Origin: Dendrobates tinctorius
Lineage: Eukaryota
Length of the DNA stretch: 64,000 nt
Assembly: GCF_039654945.1 (NCBI RefSeq)
Contig: NW_027361844.1
Coordinates: 13,392,001-13,456,000 of the forward strand
Reading direction: 5' to 3'
Shown here: positions 52,905 through 64,000 of the stretch, one piece after another
Position numbering within the stretch: the first letter of the stretch is position 1
How the letters are laid out: each line of letters starts with the position of its first letter
Position numbers and translations under genes: made by a program
Notes under the pieces: generated by a model
Databases searched by the model: none
Told to the model about the DNA's origin: nothing
The model's input: the letters and a program-made list of their open reading frames with translations, nothing else

Positions 52905-55900
52905 GTTGCCTCTGTAGAGGCTGATGCACAGACTTTGGATAAAGATCAAACTGAGGAGCTGCGTCTTCAGGTCCAGGAGTTGACCAAAGGGATGCCTGCA
53001 CTTACCAAAACCGTGCAGTCCCTGCACGGTGTCCTCCAAAGAGAAGATCCAGCTTGCTTCCAGTCCAGAGGATGTCCCGTGGCTCCGGAGGAGGAGAGCC
53101 CCACCACTTCGAGGGAGGAACAACGATCACTATGACCAGGACAGACGTCCCATCTGTCGTCGCTGCTACAAGGCCGGTGATCTTGCAAGATTTTGTCCTT
53201 TAAACGAGCAACCCCTGGGGAAGAGGTCCAACCCCCTGGAGTAGGACCACAAGGCCGAAGGAACTGGCGAGCCAAGTAGGTGTGAGGGAGACCGATCCTT
53301 CCTGTGGTAATTGACGGCATCCCCATGAACGCTTTGCTGGACACTGGCTCCCAGGTGACCACTATGCCGTACATTCTTTACAAGAGGTATTGGGCTGATT
53401 CAGAACTTACCCGTGGCCCAACTGATGAACTGACAGTAGTTGCCAGTAATGGTCAGTCTTTGCTGCAGATAGGATGTAAAGAAATTACTGTTAAATTGGG
53501 TCAGGTAGAGCTAGAGTCTCAAGGTCTGATAGTTGTTGATATTGATCGACGTGAATGTAATCCCATGATGACTCTTGGTACAAATGTAATTGAAAACTGT
53601 CTGTCCGAGGTTATTGTCTTGTTGCAACAGGTGGCTGAGACTGCTGGTTCCAGTGAACGAGTCCTGCAGAAAGAGATCAGAGTCCTGATGCAAAGACAAC
53701 AGGTAGAACTCTCTGGCGGACAAATTGGCAGTGTTAGATTGAGTGATCCCTTCGCCATTGCAATACCCCCAGATGTGAAATGCTGGTTTGGTGTCGGGCA
53801 GCTATAGGTCTTAGAGGGAGAGATTACCAGGCATTGGTAGAACCAGTATACTCCGATAGCAGGCCCACTGTCCTGACAGCCAGAGGGGTGGTTGATGTAC
53901 GAAAGGGGAGAGTACCTATACGCCTTTTAAATTGTGGGGAGGAGGAGGCCACGATACCGCGGTACGCCACAGTTGCTAAGCTGCTCACTGTCAATAACAA
54001 CTCTTTGCAGGCAGCAGAGCCCTTGGTCTCATCCGATCAGGTGGAGGACAATGGCTCTGTGAAGCAGATGGAGGAGTGGTGCCAGCAACTGCAGGTGGGA
54101 ACTGACTCTACGCCCTCCTACCAGAAAAATGGGGTTTACAGAGTGACATAAGAGTATGAGCGGATATTCAGCAAACACCCACTAGATTTTGGGCAGGCAA
54201 AAGGGGTTCAACATCATATCCCCACTGGAGACCATCCACCCATAAAGGAGAGGTACCGACCTATACCCCCAACACAATACCAATGAGCTAAGAGTATGTT
54301 GAGGGAGATGAAGGAAGCAGGCGTTATCAGAGACAGTTGTAGCCCATGGGCAGCTCCCATAGTTTTTGTAAAGAAAAAGGATGGTACTATGAGAATGTGT
54401 GTTGATTACAGGAAAATTAACAGCATTACACATAAAGATGCCTACCCACTACCTAGATTTGAGGAATCATTAGCTGCACTTAAAACTGCTAACTACTTTT
54501 CCACCTTAGATCTCACTAGTGGGTATTGGCAGGTTCCTGTGGCAGAGGCAGACAAGGAGAAAACAGCATCTGCCACTCCAATGGGTCTCTGTGAGTTCAA
54601 CTATATGCCATTCGGGCTCTGCACCGCCCCAGGAACATTTCAATGGCTGATGGAGTGCTGCCTGGGACACATGAACTTTGAGACGGTCCTGTTGTACCTG
54701 GATGGTGTCATTGATTTCTCCAAAACCTATGAAGATCATCTGGAACACCTGGCTGAAGTGTTTGAAGCTTTGTCCAATTTTGGCCTGAAGGTGAAGCCCT
54801 GCAAGTGCCACCTCCTGAAGCCCAAGGTGCAGTATCTCGGTCATGTGGTCAGTGCAGAAGGTGTGGCACCAGATCCTGATAAGGTCACAGTCATCGGAGA
54901 CTGGCCGACGCCCAGCAACCTTCATGAAGTACGCCAATTCCTTGGACTGATAGGCTACTACCAAAGATTCATCAAAGGCTTTACTGAAATAGCCACCCCT
55001 ATGCAAAATGCAAAATCTTCTGGTGGGGCAGTCCAAGAAGACCAAACAGAAAAATTCAACCTTTGAATGGACTGAAGAGTTGGAAAGGTCCTTCACCAGA
55101 TTGAAGATGACTCTCACAGGAGATGAAGTTCTGGCCTACCCAGATTATAACAAACCCTTTGTGCTGTACACTGATGCCAGCAACGTGGGACTAGGAGCAG
55201 TACTGTCGCAGGTACAGAATGGGAAAGAGAGAGTGATCTCCTACGCAAGCAGGAAGCTGCGCCCCACTGAAAGGAACCCTGACAACTACAGTTCTTTCAA
55301 GCTGGAGTTTCTTGCCATAGTCTGGGCTGTCACCGAAAGGTTCAAACATTACCTAGCCTCCGCCAAGTTCACTATCTTCACGGACAACAACCCATTGACG
55401 CACTTGGACACTGCAAAACTAGGTGCACTGGAACAGCGATGGATGGCTCGGCTATCTAACTATGAGTTTACCATCAAGTACCAGGCAGGGCACAAGAATG
55501 CCAATGCTGATGCCCGGCCAGAATGCCTAACCTACCAGATGCAGGAGAAGACCCTGAGGCTCTTGAAGAAATAGAGTTACCTCCCTTCCACCGGCCACTT
55601 GCGGCCCAGCGTGCTCAAGGAGTGAGAAACAGACGGTCTGGCTTGAAGGAGGTCACCCTGAATCCATTGCCCCATCATGACTGGACAGAAACGCAAGATT
55701 GTGACCCTGCAGTCCGCCTGGTGAAGGAGCTACTGTCACAAGCTGACTCATGCCCAGAGTTGAATGCTCCTGAAGAAACCCAGCAGTTGTGGAAGGAGAG
55801 AGGCCAGCTGTTCATCTATGAAGGAAAACTGTGTCGGAGGAGTATCAATGCCCGTACTCATGAGCTGGTCTGGCAGGTGGTAGTCTCAAAGAGAGAGGCA

Positions 55901-57343
55901 TCAATGGTCCTAGAGGCATACCACAATGGAGCTGGACACTTTGAATGGAAGAAGTTGGAAGCATTGCTCCGGGAGAGGTTCTACTGGGCTGGTATGAGGA
56001 AAGCCATTGAGAGGTGGTGCCGGGAGTGTGGACAATGTAACCTGCGCAGAAAGGATTGAAAGAGCCAGAGAGCTCCTCTACAGCCAATCATCACCAAACA
56101 GCCCCTTGAGTTGGTAGCCCTGGACCATGTGAAGCTGCTTCCATGCCGGTCCGGCTACATCTATGCTCTTACCACTGTGGACCACTACTCAAGATTCCTG
56201 GTAGTTTTGCCTGTCAAAGATCAGACAGCCAGGACAGCAGCCAGAGCATTCTAACAGCACTTCTGTAGACCACATGGATATCCTGAAAGAGTGCTTACAG
56301 GTCAGGGTCCAGCTTTCGAGGCAGAAGTGTTCCAGGAATTTTGTAACCTGTATGGTTGTAAGAAGATCCGGACAACACCGTACCACCCACAGACCAACGG
56401 CATGTGTGAGAAGATGCACCAGGTATTGATTGACCTTCTGAAGACTTTGCCCTTGGAGGAGAGGAATCTGTGGCCAGAGAAGTTGCCAGATCTAGTGGAC
56501 ATCTACAACCATATTCCAGTGAATTCCACCAACTGTACCCCAGCCTACTTAATGAGAGCAAGACCTGGTAAAGTGCCTATTGATTTGGACATGGGAGTCA
56601 TTACACCTGAAGTAACGTCACCAGATGGTGACTGGGATACAGAAAGACAACAACAGTACAGAAGAGTTCAAGAATGCGTGGAAAAGAGTCTAGCCCAGGC
56701 AAGAGAAAAGCAGGAAAAGCTTTACAATCAAAATGCACCTGCCGTTCCTTTTTCGCCGGGAGAACAGGTCTTAAAAAGGAAGAGAAGATTGCACAAATTG
56801 GATGATCAATGGGAAGCTGAACCTTATACCATTCTGCCCTCAAACTTTGATAATACCAAGGTATGCCTTATTAGCAAAGATGGAGAACCCTCAGCAGCAA
56901 TATCAAGAGATCACCTGAAACTATGTCCTGACCTGCTGAAGGAAAGAGTAGAAGAACCAGATAACATCCAACCCATAGAGGAAGAGGTTAGCACCATACT
57001 TGGGGAATTCCCTGCGAATTGGACTAAAGTAAATGATGCTATAGTGGTGCCGGTGTTGACATTTCCCCAATTGGTAGCACAGGAAGACGTGACTCAAGGA
57101 AATCCTGAGGATCAGGAAAATCAGGCAGCAGATGCCACACCAGCAGTGGAGCCAGAGAACCCTCGCCCTGCCAGTGGTGAACCTGTTATGCCCCTGGTGA
57201 GTCTAAGAGTTCGCAGACAATCTAGGATCCCTGTGCCATGCAGAACCCCCAGTAGTGTATCTGGTACATTACCCACTACACCAGTATTACGCAGGTCTAC
57301 CCGCATTACACAAGGGATACCACCCATCAGATATCGTATATAG
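52905..57343 (+). pseudogene. Gypsy gag C-terminus and pol pseudogene (5'-truncated)
   Basis: CRRCYKAGDLARFC; ALLDTGSQVT; SPWAAPIVFVKKKDG..CVDYRKIN; YLDG; LYTDASNVGLGAVLSQ; HNGAGH..CGQC; TTPYHPQTNGMCE; stops and frameshifts. Confidence 0.93.
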
Positions 57344-57688
57344 ATAAATGTAAGTATTGAAATTGTATGTGTATATATGTAACTGTTTTTCAAGTTTTGT
57401 GCCTACAGGTAACCTGTAAGAGTTTCCTTTAGATTTGCCAGTTTTGTTTTATGGACATTGTACCACAGGAATTGGGTGGTCAAAAACTTTCCTGTATATA
57501 GTTTACCATTTGCCCAGAAATGGACCATGGACATTGATGTTTGGACTTATCATCATAGGACCATTTTTGAAGCTCTTGGTTTTTGTAACTTTTTCATTTT
57601 TAACTCTTGTACAATTATTATTGTTTAACTGTTTATTTGCTTCATGTTTTTGTTCAGCCCAGGAGTGCTGACTTGCACTAGGGGGGAG

Positions 57689-58718
57689 TGCCAGGGGTAT
57701 GGTCGCCACAGTGGCTTTGCCTTCCTCCAGGGGAGGGTAATGCCAGGCTTGGAGGCAATAATGGGTCTCTTTCGCAGTCAATCTATGCATGCAACACAGT
57801 TCCACTCCAGGCCAGCAGGGGGAACTCTGAACTGGGATTAAGGGGAGGAGTGCTCTCTGAGGGCCAAGAGGAAGGGGTGGTTAGTAGTTAGTCTGCAGAG
57901 GGTGAAGTGTGCAGACATGTGGAAGGAGCTCTGGGATGGAGCAGAGAGGACGAGCTCATCTCTGGAGAGAGCGCATGAACTGGAGCCTGGTCTCCACGGT
58001 TGTACGGATACTAACAGTCCTGCAACAGACACCAGAGGAGTAGGAGGCTGTAAATGCCCTGCTCCCATCTAAGACTTGAGGGCACAACAGCAGCTTGGAT
58101 AGTGAGCCAGGACTCAGGAGAGGAGTCCCCAAGATAGGCTACAGCTGTCTGCCGTGCAAGTGAGGTTCTTGAGAACATATATCCAGAGGAACTCCAGTGT
58201 AACTTAGTACTGGGAGTACTTCATTCGAATAAGCTCTAGTAAGGAGACTGCAAAACCCTTCTGCTGAGAGAGAATCCCTGAATTGCTTCCAGGCTAGCCT
58301 GCTCCAATACCATCTGTAATCAGGACCCTGGACTGCAGTTACCAAGTAAAGGTACAGAAATTGCACCCCGCTGTGTCTTGTCTGCTTCCTACCTTTCCGG
58401 CACCGCTACATCCCCGTGCCGACCACATCTACACTGCCCTGGAGCTATAGCTTCACCTGTGGGGAGCTTTTACATCTTTGCTGCACCATACCATCAGTCC
58501 CAGTGGATCTGCATGCAGCGTCGGCTTAACACCTCCCTTGCCGAGCACCACAGGTGGAGTCACGAACTATTCATTTAACTACATTCCACCATTCACAACT
58601 TTCTATTACTTGGGCGCCCAGGGTCACGGTCCGGGTCACCACTGCTGTGACACATCCCGCTGACACCGGCTCGGAACCGAGTACCGAGTACCCCACAGCC
58701 CTGGGAGGGCGTCCCACA
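57689..58718 (+). mobile_element. 3' LTR of the Gypsy element
   Basis: Follows the PPT AGGGGGGAG; ends GGGCGTCCCACA. Confidence 0.7.
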
Positions 58719-59040
58719 CACACATTGATTACAAGCAAACAGGTTACAGATGAGGATGTCGCTTTTAGTAGCCATTCAAACCCATTTGTGTCAACTTCTG
58801 TGCATGTTATCATGCCAAAATCACCAGGGTACGTGAACTTTTGATCAGGGTCATTTGGATGTTTTGGGTTGTCATTATCATTTAAAAAGAGAAAACACAA
58901 TAGTTTGACAATAAATGGCTTCACCCAACCACTAACTATGAGTGGAGGAAAAGTTTTGGTGTTATCATTCATATTCTCTAAAAAAAAAGGCCAAGAAAGC
59001 AAAAATTCAGCCAGGGTATGTAAACTTTTGAGCAAAACTG
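58719..59040. mobile_element. right end of a different Tc1-like family
   Basis: IR/DR-like repeated GGGTA(C/T)GT(G/A)AACTTTTGA, ends ..AACTG. Confidence 0.65.
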
Positions 59041-59049
59041 TCCAAGATA

Positions 59050-59525
59050 TGTAAAAGTTACTGTTATTGTGAACAGTTAAGCAAGTTGAAGATGAAATGA
59101 TCTCTAAAAGGTCCAAAGTTAAAGAAGACACATTCAGGAAAAAAAAAAAAATATATATATTCATCTTTTACATTTAAAAAATTACAAAACGGAAAGTCTG
59201 CCGATGCAAAAGTTTGGGCACCATTGCAGATTTGTATGCTCAGATAATTTTGACCAAGATTTCATACCTTAATTAGCCTGTTAGGGTTATGACTTCTTCA
59301 CTATCATCATTAGGAAAGGCTAGGTGATGCAAATTTCCCATCTTTATAAAACCCCAGCCTCCTCTAAGTTTGTACCAAAAAACAGCAGCCATGGGTTCTT
59401 CTAAGCAGCTGCCTAGCTCTCTGAGAATGAAAATGGTAGAGGCCCACAAAGCAGAAGGCTATAAGAAGATAGCAAAGAGTCTTCAATTTGCCCTTTCCTC
59501 AGTTCAAAATGTAATTAAAATGGTA
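59050..59525 (+). mobile_element. 5' fragment of Tc1 family A
   Basis: Colinear with 29640-30060; MGSSKQLPSSLRMKMVEAHK. Confidence 0.85.
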
Positions 59526-59849
59526 TTTGTTAGATGCTTTAAGTCAAATGTGTGCTACAGTATTTAGTAGTATAATATGGCCTAATATGAGATTAGATCT
59601 ATTTCCATACAAAGATGATGATCAGAGACTGATGACAGAATCTTACATTTTACTCATAGTAATTCATTGTTTAAATTTATTATCTGTGCTTTTAAGGGTT
59701 TATATGTTGCATGTTTGAAATCAGAATTTCACATTAATCATTTATGGATAATAAAATAGTTTGGATTCTCCACAGAAACCTTGTAATAATAAAGTTTAAT
59801 CTCTTTATTAAATTACTAATACTATAATCAAGTTGGCCAAAAAGTTTAA

Positions 59850-60786
59850 GACTAATAGTTCACACGTAGCGGAACTCCCGCGGAGGTTACCGCGAGAATT
59901 CCGGTATTCCATTCCGTGGGAAAATCGCATTTTAAATTCCTGCGATTTTCCCGCGGAAAAACTAGCGATTTGCAAGCGTAATTAGCTTGCAGAATGCTAG
60001 CATTTTCCAAGCGATCTGTAGCATCGCTTGGAGAACTGATTGACAGGTTGGTCACACTCATCAAACATAGTGTTTGACGAGTGTGACCAACTTTTTACTA
60101 TTGAGGCCGCCTATGCAGCATCAGTAGTAAAAAGATCTAATTTTAAAAATAATTAAAAAAATAAAAAATTGGGTTATATTCACCTTCCGATGTCCCTCGC
60201 AGCGTCCCCAGGTCTCTGCGATGCTCCAGCAGGTTCCGTTCCCAGTGATGCATTGCGGCAATGACCTTTGATGACGTTGTGGTCTCGCGAAACCGCTACA
60301 GTATCGCGAGACAGCGACGTCAGCAAAGGTCATTATCGCAATGCATTACTGGGAACGGGACCTGCCGCGTGTATCACTGAAACCTGGGGATGCTGCGCGG
60401 GACATCGGAAGGTGAATATAACCCGATTTTTTAATTTTAATTCTATTTTTTACAGGGATATGGTACCCAGAGCCCGGAGGACAGTCTACTCTCCTCTGGA
60501 CCGTGGGTACCATCCGCAAATGTTCTGTTTACTTTTTGCATGGTGGGCACAGCGACATGCGGAAAGTAAGCAGAACAATGCATTCCTATGTGGGCGGAAT
60601 TGCCGCGACTCCGCAAAATAATGAGCGTGCTGCATATTTTTCCAAGGGGAAATCCGCAGCATTAGCACAGCTTTGCGGAATCCAATAGGATTGCATGGGA
60701 TGCTGTTTTTTTGCGCTTTCGCGGCAAAATCGCGCGTTAAAAACCACTGCGAAGACGCGAAAAAAACGTGACTTGTGAACGCAGCC
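59850..60786. mobile_element. Harbinger-like MITE (family of 6972-7826)
   Basis: TAA flanks, GTTCACA / TGTGAAC inverted termini, shared internal sequence. Confidence 0.78.
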
Positions 60787-61407
60787 TAAACATTATGTAA
60801 TAATCCTGACAATCAATAGTTACTTGTCCAAATCTTTACCTTTTGTTGCTCACTCATCCGCTTCATCTTGGTTCTACACACAAAATTCACTCCCAGGAAC
60901 TATTCATGTGTACTATATACAGTTTAACACACCATTAAGTTTAATATTTAATATTGATCCACAAGGGTTTTAAAATAAAGAATAAATTAGTGTAACAGAT
61001 GAAGAAAATAATCTGTTGGAAAACACTTTGCAAAGTTGGCAGCTGAGGTGTTAAGCAAATTAAACCAGAGGGCCTTGTCCCAAAGGACCTAATGAGTTAA
61101 GACCCTGCTTATTTTTGTTGGCAAAAGACAAAGTCCAGACACGTGCCCTACACTGGCTAACCTGACGTACCTGCCCCATTTCTGTCTAGTGACTTGTTTT
61201 TTCCTCATTAGTCAATTTGGAAATAGGTCATTTAGAGAGGTCAACCACCCTACTTAGTGCAAGACAAACAGTGAAACATAGAAAACAGCAGCTGTAGCTC
61301 TCCAGAAACTGGTGCAACCTATGATCCGAGATCTCATCAGTTGTCTTCATGCAAAAAATGTGTTGAAAAAGATAAGAAAGAGTAAGAGGATAGATAGATA
61401 GATAGAC

Positions 61408-61724
61408 AAAAAAAATTAGAGCAGCACAAAAGCAAAACAATGAGATGAGTCCGGGTGCAAAAGCTCCCCTAGGCAAGTACCAAACACTGTAATCCAGAGA
61501 TCCAAAAAAATAGGAGCAGCACACCATGATATGTGAAAAGGAGCTATTTTATTTTAACCCATAATGGCGACGTTTCGGTCCTGAGTGCAGACCTTTCTCA
61601 AGCAGAAAAAGGTCACGCTTGAGAAAGATCTGCCCTCAGGACCGAAATGTCACCATTATGGGCTAAAATAAAATAGCTCCTTTTCACATATCACAGTGTG
61701 CTGCTCCTATTTTTTGGGATCTCT
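61408..61724. mobile_element. inverted Penelope-type fragment with paired variant hammerheads in a (GATA)n site
   Basis: Arms 61496-61603 and 61617-61724 are inverted; CTTGAGAAA-GGTC..GACC-GAAACGTC; flanks TAGATAGATAGAC / TAGATAAATAGAC. Confidence 0.7.
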
Positions 61725-61789
61725 AGATAAATAGACTTTATAGTAGACAGTATTAGGATACACCAATCAAACACTGAATTCAGGGTTCC

Positions 61790-62050
61790 TATTCAATGCC
61801 ATTGCTAAAAGTGTATAAGATCCAGCCCCTTGCCATGCCATCTGCCTTTACTAACATTTGTGAAAAAATGTCTCAATTTAAAGTACTCACTGATGACAGC
61901 ATGGTGCTGTAATAGAATGTCGCTGATATAAAATCTAATTTGTGAAATTTCTTGGCTCCAAAATATTCCATGATCAGCTTTGAAAGTTATTATTGAAATG
62001 TGGAAGTGTTTAGATACCAGAACAACTTGACCATAAAGTAGTAGACCAAG
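61790..62050 (+). mobile_element. old Tc1-like 5' fragment
   Basis: Degenerate transposase N-terminus (..IIEMWKCLDTRT..SSRP). Confidence 0.4.
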
Positions 62051-62117
62051 TAAATATCATAGTTCTTCAGCTTCTATCTCACAGGTAGTCGGTATTGCAG
62101 TCGGGGCTGGTTTTATA

Positions 62118-62618
62118 TGTTATGGATCTGCAACACAAGACTAGGGTAGAAGGCGGAAAACTGACCCTGCGCTATGACTAGGCTGATACCCTACGATGGA
62201 GTGGGCTACCCATTCCTTGCGAATATACCCACCAACGATCCTAGGCTAATCTCAAGTGAAGATCTATAGATCGGGGAAGGAGGTCCCTGAAAGATCTAAG
62301 GACTGGGCACAAAAACGGGTGACCTCTTAATAGATAGCACAGAGAAGGTTGAAGAAACCAACGGAATACAGAAACAAAGATTAGCAGAACCAGAGGTCCC
62401 AGCACTGCACAAATTACACACACAGAAAGCTAAGCACCAAGCCAGAACGCAAGTGGATTAACACTGTTGCCTAGCATGGACTGGGAGACAGGTGCTGGGT
62501 AATAAAGAGTGATACAATCACCTGACCCAAGACAAATCCAGCACCAGAGAAAAAAAGACCAGCAGCCTGAACACCACAAGAAAATAGCAGATAGTCACAA
62601 ACTAACCAGATTCTAACA
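62118..62618 (-). mobile_element. solo LTR inserted in an hAT-like end
   Basis: TGTTA...TAACA, TTATA/TTAGA flanks; the host sequence rejoins to match 15481-15555. Confidence 0.7.
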
Positions 62619-62709
62619 TTAGACAATGTGGGACCCCAGGCTTAAGTTAAAAGTTGGGTCCCAAATTCTAACATATTGCACCATCACGAACAAACATTTA
62701 TTTTGTATC

Positions 62710-62905
62710 CACCAAGGACAACGTCTGCAAGGAGTTTGTATGTTCTCCTCGTGTTTGCGTGGGTTTCCTCCCACACTCCAAAGACATATTGATAGGGAAT
62801 ATAGATTGTGAGCCCCATCAGGGACAGCGATGATAATGTGTGCAAACTGTAAAGCGCTGCGGAATATGTTAGCGCTATATATAAAAAAAAAAAAAAAAAA
62901 AAAGA
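62710..62905 (+). mobile_element. 5'-truncated V-SINE-like element with L2-like tail and poly(A)
   Basis: GGAGTTTGTATGTTCTCC..GCGTGGGTTTCCTCC core; TGTAAAGCGCTGCGGAATATGTTAGCGCTATATA tail; A-run. Confidence 0.85.
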
Positions 62906-63290
62906 TTATTTACATTAGCTGAATTCAGGACATTAAACAATCGACAATATTCAAGTCGTTCGGCACTTGTTTACTGGCCTCTTTTACACAGGCTGTTGAA
63001 GAATGATGGGTGTAGAATGATTACTAATAGATTCTGTCCCCATACATATCATGTTATCAGTAGCACATCTGTAGTTTACACTGGGCGATGTGTTAATGAG
63101 CAAAAATTATTTTTGTTCTTCCATGAACAAGCCAATCACCTAATTAATGTTCATAATTTTTCTTGTTCATTGAGTGCTTGCAGAAATGTTTACACTTATT
63201 AACTTTCATCTGCGCAGCCTTGATTTATAAATGTGGATGCTACATACACACAGTATGTGACACAAACATTGTGTGTCACACAAATAGCTG

Positions 63291-63666
63291 TCGGTCAGAC
63301 ACCTCTCACACAGCCAAACCAGATCTAACACTTTGCACTGACGAGGGGCAGTACCCCAAAACACAGTGTCTGCAAATTGAGATTCTGGTTTGGCTTTTAT
63401 TTTGTCATGTAACAAGGCTCGTTAAAGGGTCGACATTGACTTTTAGGATTGCTACTTCCAATAGCTGGCACTAGAGTCCTAGTCCTCTTCCACTCTGAAG
63501 AGACAATTTGCATATTTCCCAGAGGAGCATTGCGGTTTTAAGTTTCCTCATCTCGGCATGCTTAGCATGGCATTCTCCGCAAGGAGAAACGATACTTCTT
63601 GGATATCGGTCAGACGCCTCTCACACAGCCAAACCAGATCTCACACTTTGAACTGACAAGGGGCAA
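63291..63666 (+). mobile_element. second retrozyme-like family, ~315-bp monomer (1.2 copies)
   Basis: 63291-63350 recurs at 63606-63666; contains a hammerhead and ATTTGCAT + TTTCCCAGAGGAGCATTGCG. Confidence 0.8.
63332..63376 (+). ncRNA. type I hammerhead ribozyme, G12>A decayed
   Basis: TTTGCA CTGACGA GGGG cagta CCCC aAAAC acagt GTC TGCAAA. Confidence 0.8.
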
Positions 63667-63794
63667 AGTTTCCTGAATACCTTGAGTGCTGTCTCTTGGC
63701 CTTCCAGCATCGCCACTTTGGTGGCTTAAGCCGGTCGCTGCTTTTGGGAGATAGCCAGGAGGTTTCGGGGAGGAGATCCTTGGAGCTGTGGACA

Positions 63795-64000
63795 ATGGGA
63801 GTCCGACTTCAATTCTCTGGGACCGGTGATAGCCGGGTCAAAAATGGATTCAGGATTGACATCGCTAAAGATAAGAAGTTGCATTTTTCTCTGGGATATC
63901 TGGTCAACATGGTGTTTTATGACATCCTGAAGATTCAGAAGTCTGATATAATATGCTTGCAGGAGTTTAGGAGGGAAGGCACGTATGTACTGGTGCTATC
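63795..64000 (+). CDS. start of a Tx1/L1-like ORF1 (ZCCHC3-like N-terminus), runs off the window
   Basis: MGVRLQFSGTGDSRVKNGFRIDI..VFYDILKIQKSDIICLQEFRREGTYVLVL resembles Tx1 ORF1 N-termini. Confidence 0.55.
   Translation, partial: MGVRLQFSGTGDSRVKNGFRIDIAKDKKLHFSLGYLVNMVFYDILKIQKSDIICLQEFRREGTYVLVL

Overview
Eukaryotic, almost entirely transposable-element-derived DNA. The element mix (Tc1, hAT, piggyBac and Harbinger MITEs, Helitron, chromoviral Gypsy, DIRS/Ngaro-type gag, Penelope, V-SINE, L2, Tx1) suggests a vertebrate, most likely a frog; this is inference. No host gene exon could be supported. Elements are nested 4-5 deep and most boundaries are fixed by TIRs, TG..CA ends and target-site duplications (TSDs). 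The most interesting signal is a set of small self-cleaving-RNA retroelements. (1) A very young head-to-head array of 351-bp monomers (35071-37293), each with an intact type I hammerhead ribozyme and octamer/SPH/PSE-like (snRNA-promoter-type) motifs. (2) A related ~315-bp hammerhead monomer family at ~63.3 kb. (3) Several Penelope-type fragments with variant hammerheads. (4) A 427-bp x5.4 array (49457-51757) with similar insertion geometry but no recognisable ribozyme. Also notable is a Gypsy element with an uninterrupted >=923-codon pol ORF but no gag. Coordinates were read by eye and may be off by a few bases.
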